This document shows, in pieces, positions 55,336-64,000 of a DNA stretch of 64,000 bases. The DNA is from an uncultured Planctomycetota bacterium (lineage in GTDB: Bacteria; Planctomycetota; Planctomycetia; Isosphaerales; Isosphaeraceae). The stretch covers positions 1,280,001-1,344,000 of the forward strand of contig CAWGMQ010000004.1 in assembly GCA_963823665.1 (NCBI GenBank). The letters are read 5' to 3'. A program made the position numbers and the translations under genes. The notes under the pieces were generated by a model. The model was not told where the DNA came from and ran no database searches. It worked only from the letters and a program-made list of their open reading frames with translations. Position 1 is the first letter of the stretch, and each line of letters begins with the position of its first letter.

Positions 55336-56436
55336 TCACTTCGAGTGGCCGTGCTCGGGGGTTGCCGTTTCGTAGTGCTTTCGCAGCAAGTCGACACCGA
55401 AATCGTTTTCGAAGTCACGCCAGACGCTGTGGACGTGGTTGGCGTTGTTCTGGGTGTTGTCGTACTCGATCAGGAAGGTCGGCCCCTGGATACGGTAGTA
55501 GTGCGGCTCGCCTCGCTCGAATGGTCCGGCCCACGCGAAGCCGATCTTTTCGACCCCCGCCTTGAGGATCTTGCCCAGGTCGTTGCCGGCGATCTCCGGG
55601 CGTAGGCGTTCCGCGTAGAGGACGATGATCGAATTCAAGATCTCCTTTTGCGCGGCGTTCAGATCAGGCATCATGATCCCTGCCGGCTGAAGCGGCGTGG
55701 CCTTGCGGGCGGCGAGGGAAAGGATCTCCTTCGGCGCCTCTACTTGAACGACCGCCTTCTTGCGCTGGCCTTCGTCCAGCGATTTGACGAGCTTACGCGC
55801 GAGGTCCTCTTCTTCCCCCAAGACGCGAAGTCCCTGGCGCGGCCCGGCTTTGACCTCGCCGGGGTTGCTGCCCATGAATGTCGGTCCGCCGACGGCGCCC
55901 TTGTCGCCGATGATCGTGAAATTCAACGCGAGGTGGTGGCCCTCAACGCGCCAGCCCCATGGCTCCTTGGAGCCGAGTGCCTCCGGGTTGCCGAAGATGT
56001 TGAAGAAGTAGAGCTCCGGGTCACGGACAGGGCCTCTCCCTTGCTCGATCGACGCCAGGACCTGCTCCAGGCTGATGATGGTTTCCGCCTTCATGAAGCC
56101 GCTCTGACTCAAGCCGCTGGCGAGGAGTGCGTGCGCCAGAGCCTTCTGCTCACCCGTCATCTCCTTCAAGGGCAGGCCCTTGCGGGGCCGGGGTATGAAG
56201 TGCCAGTCGAAGCGGAGCGCGTCTTTGAAATCAAAGGTGATCTTCTGCTTCTGGTCCGGAGTCAGCGACGACCAGAGGTTCCTGGCCGCGCCGGCCATCT
56301 CACGGGAAGCCTTCGCGGCCGGGGCTTCGTGGGTGTGTGGCCCGAGGCCGTCGTGCGCGGAGGCGAGGGTGGAATGACCGTAGATCGTTGCGATCCCGAG
56401 GGCAAGTGCGAGGGAGAAGCGTCTGGCGGGTGACAT
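55336..56436 (-). CDS. DUF3500 domain protein, exported
   Basis: WHFIPRPRKGL, YFFNIFGNP, WGWRVEGHHLALNF, HYYRIQGPTFLIEYDNTQNNANHVHSVWRD. Signal peptide. Confidence 0.88.
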   Translation of the reverse strand: MSPARRFSLALALGIATIYGHSTLASAHDGLGPHTHEAPAAKASREMAGAARNLWSSLTPDQKQKITFDFKDALRFDWHFIPRPRKGLPLKEMTGEQKALAHALLASGLSQSGFMKAETIISLEQVLASIEQGRGPVRDPELYFFNIFGNPEALGSKEPWGWRVEGHHLALNFTIIGDKGAVGGPTFMGSNPGEVKAGPRQGLRVLGEEEDLARKLVKSLDEGQRKKAVVQVEAPKEILSLAARKATPLQPAGIMMPDLNAAQKEILNSIIVLYAERLRPEIAGNDLGKILKAGVEKIGFAWAGPFERGEPHYYRIQGPTFLIEYDNTQNNANHVHSVWRDFENDFGVDLLRKHYETATPEHGHSK

Positions 56437-56638
56437 CGCGGATGTTCCTGGTGAGGGTGGGTTGTCGAACATCTTCGTCGCTCATGATACCACATCGGCG
56501 GATCAAGTCATCCTGTTGGCAGGCGACCTTGCGGCACATGATCCGGAAGTTGCAAGTCGCACGCGTATTTCTACTCGCGCGTCTCTCACACTGTTGTAAC
56601 GCATCGTTTGGTCTTTCCTGTGGTTGATCGATCAAGGG

Positions 56639-56868
56639 TTAATTGCTCAAGTTGAACGTGGCCTTCAGGCTACTGTCGCCCGGATCGGCGGCGGTCACGA
56701 CGTAGCTGCCTGCGATTGAGTTGGCCGTGGCCGTGACGCTCCCCTCGCCGGCGGAATTGGTCACAGCCGAGCTCGCGCTCGCCACGCTGAATACCTCGGT
56801 GCGGTTGTGTCCGCTGATCGTCAGGCTGCCGGCACCGGGGCCTTCGATATCTAGGTTGGTCCTGATCG
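56639..56868 (-). pseudogene. Collapsed remnant of another surface protein
   Basis: Start-less frame NLDIEGPGAGSLTISGHNRTEVFSV fused to an Ig-like end TNSAGEGSVTATANSIAGSYVVTA...ATFNLSN*. Confidence 0.7.
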
Positions 56869-57135
56869 CACGCGGTACGTCCAGTCATCGTTCTGAAGAT
56901 AGAAAGGCGCGATCCGACGGCCATCTATCAGAGGACGCCCAGTTTTTTCCAGAAGACCCGCGCCGAGAGAATGGATGGCGAGATGAAGTCAGTGCGATTC
57001 ATCGCCGGCCGGAAGAATTGCATATTGATCGTCGCTCGACCGCACCACTCCTGCTCCTGCTTTTGCTCATAATCTTAATCTTAATCTTAATCCTAATCCT
57101 GCCCCCGCCCTCCGCCCTCCGTCCTCACCCCAAGT

Positions 57136-58355
57136 TTCGTTTTGTATATTCGTCGCGCGTCTTTACGCCACAAGGACTACGGGAACGCACTCGCTTGTTC
57201 GGCGCGGGTCTCCGACCCCGCCGGCATTGCGGGCGGAGGCCTCCAACTTCTTCCCCGTCCAACCTCGCGGTCTTGTTCGGCGCGGCGAGTCATCGTCATC
57301 CGTTGGCAGTTGAAGGTCGCTAAATGTAGTTGGAATCGTGGTCTCGTCCAGAAGGAATGGATTCGGATGAAGAAGCGCGCCGTGAAGCATCCCGAGTAGG
57401 TCTGGCTTTTTAGCCTGACGCTTTGCAAGATCATCCCGAGCAGTAGGTCAGGCTTTCAGCCTGACCTTCTGCAAGCTCACACTTTCAGCCTGAGATGCGA
57501 ACGCTTTGCTCCTCGAATTCCCGGTTATTGGACAAGACCTCACCGGTTCCGGCGCCGCCAACCGAGCGCACGCACGGCTCCTATCTAGATGATCTACAAA
57601 ACCCCCGATCCGTTTGCGCCGAAGATGTGGTATTCGTCCATTTCGAGTGAGATTCCTCCGCCCTCCGTCCTTCGCCCCCCGTCCTGATTTCCGCCTCCGC
57701 CCTCCGCCTTCCGTCCTGATTCCCGTTCGTTTTGTAAATTCGTCGCGCGCCCTTACGCCACAAGGACTACGGGAACAGCGCCCGGCGGTGCCGGTCACTG
57801 CGATCCTCTCTCCGTCCCGCGCACTCGTCCCGGGCTTTGGCTCCTCCAATCCAAAATCCAAAATCGCTCGTCCCCCGCTCGGGTTCGTTTGTGAGTTCCA
57901 GCCACGTTGTCAAGTCCCATTTCGTTTTCATTCTGTGATCCAATCACAATTCGAGTCTCAACTTATGCATTCCCAGCCACCTGAGCCCGCTGGGTTCGTT
58001 TGCGCGTTTTTCGCCGCCGATGAATTTCGCCTTCGGATTAACTCGAAGCCGAAAACTCGCCCGCGCGCACCCGCCGTTGCCCCAGCATTACCCTTTCAGT
58101 GTCGCCTTTCGCTCCGCGAAAGTGCGTCTTCTCGTTCCCTCGCACGCATAGAGAATGATCAGAATGAGAGTCAGTGAGCAGTTTTTCGAAAAATCCTCAT
58201 CGCCCTCCACTCGCGGCTTCGATCCCGCACCGAGCCGTCAGCAAGTGATAAACCCGCGGATGGATCTCACCATCCTCCATGTTCAACGGTCCACCCCGAC
58301 CACCCAATTCGTTTTGTACATTCGTCGCGCGTCCTTACCCCACAAGGACTACGGG
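57136..58355 (+). repeat. Three dispersed 48-bp direct repeats, spacing 590 and 582 bp
   Basis: TTCGTTTTGTAHATTCGTCGCGCGYCYTTACSCCACAAGGACTACGGG at 57136-57183, 57726-57773 and 58308-58355. Confidence 0.9.
57396..57465 (+). repeat. Tandem GTAG-type REP-like palindromes
   Basis: GTAGGTCTGGCTTTTTAGCCTGAC and GTAGGTCAGGCTTTCAGCCTGAC, same family as 2947-2968. Confidence 0.7.
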
Positions 58356-59118
58356 CAAGCACTCGCCCCAAACCAGGTGGCGAGCCGCGCGGCGAATTCG
58401 AAGCTGACACCTCGTCCCCGCCCCCCGTCCTCCCGCCCCAGAATCGCCACCGCGCAGCCGGCGAAGCGCTCCACCCCAAGACGCCGCGTCAGCCGCGCTT
58501 CGCAATTGCACATGTGAAAACGGCTTCGGTCGATCCATCAGCTTCTTTCCCCTGGATCAAAATGATAACTTTTGATAGCAAAAACCAGGGCTTCTTCCGC
58601 TCTCCCGGCTCGCGGTTCTCAGCCCGGGGCGAAGAAGAGCGCTGTATCCCTCCCCCAACCGGGGCAGTTGCCGCCGCAGGCGGCGGTAGGAGGTGTGCAG
58701 GCGGATGGCTCCGCAGCCCGACGGTGTTCTCGTCTCGTCGCCGAAGCCGCCGGTGGAGGGCTCCTGCATAGTCAAGGGATCGAATGACGATCATCGGGAA
58801 TGACGCTGAGAAAAAGACAACTCGCGATGTGGTAATGGATCAGATGAAATGAAAATCGAGCCCCGGATCAACCAGCATGGTTGCTTGCCCAGGGTTACGT
58901 TCCGCGTCGCGACGCCTTTCCAGCCATCCGCGACGACGACGCACCTTCCCCTAGTAATATTATGTGCGGGTTTTCGAAACTTGGCCATTTCTCAAACGCA
59001 CGTTCGATTTGCGTGAAAAGCGCAAGTTCAATAGAGATGGGTAATTAACTGCTGAGAAGTCTCAGAACGATGTGCCGGTTCAATACGCTTTGAAAAGTGC
59101 CATCGGTCAGAGCATGAC

Positions 59119-59481
59119 GACCGGCGGGTTGCACCCAACCTCAGTGCGTAAGCCATCGAGTGTGCGACCTTGTGTGACGGCTTACCAGATTCGACGCGCC
59201 GTCGACCGGGAGATTTCCAGAAAGAATCCGGTTTCCAGCGATCAGATCGAGTAAGGAAGAAAATTCATTCTGTATTCGCGCGCCGTCGCGGGCGCCGTGT
59301 GAACACGTGGCTGGCTGGATCAAATCCGCACCGGAAAGATCCCGGCAAGTCTCGCCCTGGGTCCGAGGACGCCAGAACCTGAGCTCGCGGCTCGGGCTGA
59401 CCGCCAACGCTGTTTTGCTGCGCCGATCGACCCCGCACGGCGGCAACGACGCCATCGTAGGGTGGGTGAAACCCGCCGGTC
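59119..59481. repeat. Inverted pair of GTAG-type REP-like elements about 315 bp apart
   Basis: GACCGGCGGGTTGCACCCAACCT (59119-59141) versus GTAGGGTGGGTGAAACCCGCCGGTC (59457-59481). Confidence 0.65.
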
Positions 59482-59626
59482 TCTCAAGGTCGAATAAGAC
59501 TCAACCGCCGAGACCGCGTGCTGAGCGAGTACACAACGGCTCGGGGCGCGCGGCTGTGGGTGATCACTCGTCTAGACGGGATCGGTGGGACCACCGTTCT
59601 CCGGCCCGAAGAATATTGAAGGGCCG

Positions 59627-60025
59627 CTAACTTCCGGAGCGACGTCGAAAGATCAGCCAATCCCGCGGCCCCTTCCGCACGAACCGAATCAGCGAGTAGG
59701 TGCCATCCAGTCGATTCCCATGAAGCACGAACCCAATCGAGTCATCCGACCATTCGAGTAATTCGTAAGTACCCTCATCCCAGATCTCGACAGTCCCGGC
59801 CCCATATTCTCCCTTCGGGATCGTCCCCACAAATGATCCGTATTCCAGCGCATGATCCGGAACCTGCACGGCCAGATGCCGCGCCCCAAGGGTCTCAGGC
59901 ACTCCCTTGGGCACCGCCCAGCTCTTGAAGACCCCGTCTCTCTCCAGCCGGAAGTCGTAATGCAACGTCCGCGCCCGGTGCTTTTGCACAACAAATCGCC
60001 GATCGGTTTCCTCGCTAGGCGTCAT
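59627..60025 (-). CDS. Stand-alone LigD 3'-phosphoesterase domain protein
   Basis: FVVQKHRARTLHYDFRLE, SWAVPKG, LAVQVPDHALEY, IPKGEYGAGTVEIWDEGTY. Confidence 0.92.
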   Translation of the reverse strand: MTPSEETDRRFVVQKHRARTLHYDFRLERDGVFKSWAVPKGVPETLGARHLAVQVPDHALEYGSFVGTIPKGEYGAGTVEIWDEGTYELLEWSDDSIGFVLHGNRLDGTYSLIRFVRKGPRDWLIFRRRSGS

Positions 60026-60097
60026 CGATGACCTCCGCTGGTTTCAGACCCCCACATCCTAACGCGGCGAGGCCGCAGCGGACCTCCGACGCCGCCT

Positions 60098-60249
60098 CAT
60101 TGTCGCCCTTCGCTCCGCGAAGGGATTTCTTCTCTGTTGGGCGCGGGTTTCCGACCCCGCCCCATTGTCGCCCTTCGCTCCGCGAAGGGATTTCTTCTCT
60201 GTTGGGCGCGGGTCTCCGACCCCGCCCTCAGCCGCGACCGTAGGTCTCC
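60098..60249 (+). repeat. 65-bp tandem duplication built from two REP-like palindromes
   Basis: CATTGTCGCCCTTCGCTCCGCGAAGGG...GGCGCGGGT(T/C)TCCGACCCCGCC twice (60098, 60163). Single relatives at about 58100 and 57201. Confidence 0.8.
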
Positions 60250-60289
60250 CAGACGCGCGCACGGCGCAGAGATCCTACCGACGAAGACT

Positions 60290-60685
60290 CTACGGCTCCG
60301 GAGGTTTTTCCTCGGTAGCGAGCTTGATGAGATCAACAATCGAGCGAATCGATTGCGGCGCTGCCAGATAGCCAATGCCTCGGTGCAGATGCAATCGAAA
60401 CTGGCGTGCCAGAACGTCGTCTGAACAACCAAGCCCGTCCCGTTCGCATCGCTCTTTCAAGAGCGCAAGATAAAGCTCGTGAGCATCGCCACCGAAGACC
60501 TGCCATGTCATCTCGACATTACTGTCGGTTGGTATATCCAGGGGCGCCGGCGGAGTCGGCTGGCGCAGCGAAAGACAGAACGCCCACCGGCAGAGTACAT
60601 TCCAGTGCGGAATTCCCGTGCGCGTCTTGAGCCGCATTAGTTGCTCTTTCGCCTGCGTCGCAAGCTTGAACTGTTTGATGCTCAT
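60290..60685 (-). CDS. dndE: DNA phosphorothioation protein DndE
   Basis: KEQLMRLKTRTGIPHWNVLCRWAFCLSL, SNVEMTWQVFGG, FRLHLHRGIGYL. Overlaps the dndD stop. Confidence 0.92.
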   Translation of the reverse strand: MSIKQFKLATQAKEQLMRLKTRTGIPHWNVLCRWAFCLSLRQPTPPAPLDIPTDSNVEMTWQVFGGDAHELYLALLKERCERDGLGCSDDVLARQFRLHLHRGIGYLAAPQSIRSIVDLIKLATEEKPPEP

Positions 60686-60990
60686 GCCCGACTCCTCAAT
60701 TCTGGCTCAGCCGGTGTCTGCTCCCAGAAATAGCCCTCCTCCGCATAAGTCGCCCGCGATTTCTCATCGTAGCGCAGATGATACGCCCGTGCGATGTGCG
60801 GCTCGAGCGCATGATAGTACTGCCGGTCGACCTCGGTATCCGTCGATAGAATCAACACCTGGTGGCTCGCATCCGGAAAGTACCGCTCGACCAGATTGCG
60901 CCGGTGGGCCGCGTCGAGCCGCGCCATCGGCGTGTCGATGATCGCGGGCAGCGGGTGGGCCGACGCCCTGGCCAGCCCCCGCAGAATCGA
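60682..60990 (-). pseudogene. dndD: C-terminal about 100 aa of DndD only
   Basis: SILRGLARASAHPLPAIIDTPMARLDAAHRRNLVERYFPDASHQVLILSTDTEVD...EEGYFW. In-frame TGA at about 61000; no Walker A or coiled coil upstream. Confidence 0.88.
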
Positions 60991-61659
60991 GGCGGAGGTT
61001 CAGAGACCCGACAAATTGACGGCGAAGGACCTGACCGCAGTTTCGAAGCAATTTGGTGTCGTTCCGGGGGAGACGAAGAAAGCGTCCCCGGAGGCGATTC
61101 TTGAAAAGATCACGCGGCGGAAGACAACGCATGTGCGGAGCTTGTCCTGAGGTGATGCGCCGAATCCGATGTCGCGGAGACACAACGGCTCGGTGTACAC
61201 GCCGGGGCCGCGCTCGAGCAACACCTCGGGCCTGTGGTCGTGTTTCAATTCAAACTCGCTCCAGCCACAAGCTTTCGCCGAGGGTGACCATATGTCTGCC
61301 AGCGAATCAGCTCTCTGCGGTGGTAAATCAAAGGGCCGTATTCTTTACCGCGTCGCTCGCTTAGCGATTTCGTCTCAAAAACCCCCATTTCCATACGTTG
61401 CGACGGGTTTCTTTACTCTAGCGGCGAGGTGGCGGAAGGCAAAGTTCGGAGATGCAAGGGTCTTGACTATGGGGAACGATGTCGGCTTGCGGCAGAACGA
61501 CCCGAAGCTGGCGTAAGACGCTTCGGTCGAAGCCGTCGAAGCGCGCCACTTCCTCGATCTGGTTTTCAAAGCGGGCTACCGTGGCTGCTGTCACGTCGTT
61601 CGATGGGTCGCCAACCCGATCACACGCCAGCGGCCGCATCGACGCAGAAACGTCCGTCC

Positions 61660-61890
61660 TCCCGCATAACCGACCGACGGGGGCAAGCTTGCGGACGTCC
61701 TGCAACTCCTCCACAAGACGGGTCCCGGGTACCGCAGCACATACATTCCCTCCAGCGTGTTTGAGCACCAGAATCTGCGGGTCCTGCTGCACGGCGGGAG
61801 CGATGTGTGCGAACGTCTGAAAGGATTTCTGCAGGGCTTCGGTGTCCTCGTTTTCTGTGGTAAGATCATCATATATTGCTTGGGATCGAG
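61660..61890 (-). pseudogene. Decayed C-terminus of a DUF3732-like SMC/ABC ATPase
   Basis: NEDTEALQKSFQTFAH...DPQILVLKHAGGNVCAAVPGTRLVEELQDVRKLAP resembles, from memory, the QIIVLDHA...VEEWR..KLVP ending of DUF3732 proteins. Confidence 0.5.
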
Positions 61891-62048
61891 CGAGCTTTCG
61901 CGGCGAGCATACCAGTCTCGGCTACTCGTATACATGGAGCGATAGCATCGGATAATGCGCGGAGTCGACGAAGATCTGACGCAAGTCGAGACTGACAATT
62001 ACGCATGATGACAGCCAATTGGTGCTGAGCGGAACACCGTCTTCAGAC

Positions 62049-63971
62049 CTACTTCGGTCGGAATTCTTTTGCAAGGCCTTCCAAGAACGCGGTGGCCACA
62101 ACGTGCGAGCCGTTCCAGAGATCGTAAGGAATCACCCGTAAGTTGAAATCCTCGAACCAGTAGCGCGTCGCGATTGCACCGGGTTTCGGGAGAAGTGCGT
62201 AGTGTGGACGTGCATTTCCACCGAACGTCGCCACGAGCTCCTGAAGAACGAAATCGACGTTTGGATCTCGAAATCCGTAGCCGTAGAAAAAGATGGTCGA
62301 GTCAACGAATAATCGCCGCAGAAACTCCCTGTACTTGGGCTTTTCAAAGAGAATGCGTCTGAAGTCGCCTCGGGTAAGCACGATAGACTCCACGTCCGAA
62401 GTCGACCCGTGCATCTTTATCACCGGAAACTTTGTCTTGTCGTTCAGCAGGGATTCGACACCCGCCGCGCCAACTCGGTCCATGAGTTCTGGGAGCACGA
62501 CTTCTGAGCGTTCGCGCGAATGCTCAATAAAGGAGTCAAAGTTCGTGGTTACCGCAGCACGGAACGGGACCTCGGATAAAAGGCGATGTGTTCGGGATGT
62601 TCGCGCGTGGTCGGACAAGCGCTCCCGCAAGTACTCGGCGAACTCGAACGGCCCGAGGTTGTCGCGGCAAAAGGCTGCTACGACAAGAAGCTCATCCTTT
62701 CGAATCAACTCATCAAGCTCGGCCTGCTCGGATTCGGCAAGCGTCCCTGAATCTTTGCAACGCTCGACCATCCCGCGCAGGAGTTCCCGCCAGCTGGGCA
62801 GCTTTGCGTCCGCAGATGCGCCCGCACCTGCGAACAGTACGCAATGTCCCAATTGAATTGCCTTAATTAGCGCAGGCGGAGGCAGCGGGACACTCGGCTG
62901 GGGAGATGGCGGGCTCGATGACTGTGCGCTCTCCGATGTTAGAACCGAGAGTCGGTCGTTCAAGGCATTTAGGTCCGCTGCCTGAGCTTTGTGCGACAGC
63001 CGCTCCGGTAAGCTCACGGACAGGACACCGGCCGGCGCTGCCCTGTACATCCCCGCATCCGGCGCCCAAAATCCTCCGGCCCGATCCGAGTATCGGCGCA
63101 TAAAAACCTCGGCCCGACCCGCGTCCAGATCGACCCGAACATAATTGTACGAGAGGAGCTCCCTTCGGCCCTGGTAGGTGGCGCCCGCGGCTAAATGAAA
63201 CGCCTCCGTATCAGGGGATACGACGCTGACGACGCCAAGATCGTGGACGTGTCCGTGAAGCACGAAGTCCGACCGCCGGTCGAGCAGCCCTTCGACGTCT
63301 GACGCGTCGAAGTCAGCAAGCCAACTAGTCGGGTGGTGGAGCAAACTGATTACGAGGTCAGGCTTCGAAGCGCGACCAAGTGCATCGCGGACCTGACGCT
63401 CACCGATCAGCAGATTGCCGCGATCATTTTCGGAACCGGCGGTCCATGACGAGTTCAGACCAAGAACGGCCACACGAATTGAATTGACTTCTAGGTTCTG
63501 CGTGTACGACAGACTCGCCGGATCAGACACTTGCATCCAAGGAAAATTGGCGACCAAAAAGTCATGATATGGTTGAAGGCGGTCCGTAAAGAGCTCCCGC
63601 TCCTTTGCACTGCCAATGACCTGAGAAACAATCTCTCGCGAGTTGAGTGACCTCGCTGACATCTGGATGAATGGTGTGAGCCGAGATCGATCAACATCAT
63701 GGTTGCCGGGGACGCAGAAGATCATACTCATTGGAACAGACGTGGCGGAGCTTACGTTGCGCAAGAATCGGGCCGCAAGATCGTACTCTTCAGCTTTGCC
63801 GGCATGCGCGATGTCCCCAGTGATAAACACGACGTCGAACCTGATCCCCTGAGCGTCGACGAGAGCGACGAGATCGTCGATCAACGAGGAGAGCACGGTG
63901 TTCTGATCGTATTGGTCGCCTGACCGGACGTGTAGATCGGAAAGGTGGAGCCATGTCAGCGCACGCTGCAT
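62049..63971 (-). CDS. Calcineurin-like metallophosphoesterase fused to a SIR2-like (SIR2_2) domain
   Basis: N-half: LHLSDLH, TGDIA, PGNHD, LLHHP, LHGHVH. Pro/Ser linker. C-half: LFAGAGASADAKLPSW, TTNFD, KMHG, FYGYGFRDPN. 640 aa with no frameshift. Confidence 0.92.
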   Translation of the reverse strand: MQRALTWLHLSDLHVRSGDQYDQNTVLSSLIDDLVALVDAQGIRFDVVFITGDIAHAGKAEEYDLAARFLRNVSSATSVPMSMIFCVPGNHDVDRSRLTPFIQMSARSLNSREIVSQVIGSAKERELFTDRLQPYHDFLVANFPWMQVSDPASLSYTQNLEVNSIRVAVLGLNSSWTAGSENDRGNLLIGERQVRDALGRASKPDLVISLLHHPTSWLADFDASDVEGLLDRRSDFVLHGHVHDLGVVSVVSPDTEAFHLAAGATYQGRRELLSYNYVRVDLDAGRAEVFMRRYSDRAGGFWAPDAGMYRAAPAGVLSVSLPERLSHKAQAADLNALNDRLSVLTSESAQSSSPPSPQPSVPLPPPALIKAIQLGHCVLFAGAGASADAKLPSWRELLRGMVERCKDSGTLAESEQAELDELIRKDELLVVAAFCRDNLGPFEFAEYLRERLSDHARTSRTHRLLSEVPFRAAVTTNFDSFIEHSRERSEVVLPELMDRVGAAGVESLLNDKTKFPVIKMHGSTSDVESIVLTRGDFRRILFEKPKYREFLRRLFVDSTIFFYGYGFRDPNVDFVLQELVATFGGNARPHYALLPKPGAIATRYWFEDFNLRVIPYDLWNGSHVVATAFLEGLAKEFRPK

Positions 63972-64000
63972 TGTCGGAACCTCGGACGATGTGGTTCGCC

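Noticed and set aside
57136..58355. CRISPR array
   Set aside because: Only three repeats, about 540-bp spacers and no cas genes. Kept as an unexplained repeat instead.
56721..59630. ORFs in the repeat-rich tract (e.g. 56721-57323, 57614-58177)
   Set aside because: Translations are microsatellite- and REP-derived (LILILI, Pro/Arg-rich) with no RBS or protein-like composition.
60290..61000. Functional DNA phosphorothioation system
   Set aside because: dndD is reduced to its C-terminus and dndB/dndC are absent from the window.
1..64000. tRNA, rRNA, transposase or integrase genes
   Set aside because: None recognised by eye. A covariance-model search would be needed to exclude small RNAs.

Overview
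GC-rich bacterial DNA, most likely a planctomycete of the Isosphaeraceae type. This rests on the DUF1552/DUF1592 cytochrome pair, LExLExRxLL-leader surface proteins and an ECF sigma factor + Ser/Thr kinase pair. Many genes carry single-base frameshifts, which look like long-read indel errors. Layout: (1) 1-8.2 kb accessory metabolism: HEAT protein, PNPOx-like protein, sugar isomerase, DUF1080-ThuA, copper amine oxidase, EthA-like monooxygenase. (2) 8.3-11.1 kb a run of co-oriented small genes separated by degenerate attC-like sites, i.e. a decayed integron cassette array with no integrase in view, cut off by an FRG gene. (3) 12.9-16.7 kb DUF1552/DUF1592 pair. (4) 16.9-52 kb a surface-protein locus: a Vgb-like propeller protein, the ECF sigma/kinase pair, an in-frame chimeric relic of a collapsed second sigma/kinase/giant-protein module, and two giant genes (about 11 kb and 18 kb). 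The two giants share N- and C-terminal modules but differ centrally (RHS core versus carboxypeptidase-regulatory repeats, a hydrophobic helical insert, beta-helix and propellers). (5) 52-56.4 kb cyclase/Ldh_2/LLM operon and a DUF3500 gene. (6) 56.6-59.6 kb a gene-poor tract with three 48-bp repeats at about 590-bp spacing plus REP-like palindromes. (7) 59.6-64 kb a stand-alone LigD phosphoesterase and a decayed defence island: intact dndE, truncated dndD, a DUF3732-like remnant, and an intact metallophosphoesterase-SIR2 fusion that is the best candidate for an undescribed defence system. All family assignments come from motif recognition by eye; no searches were run.
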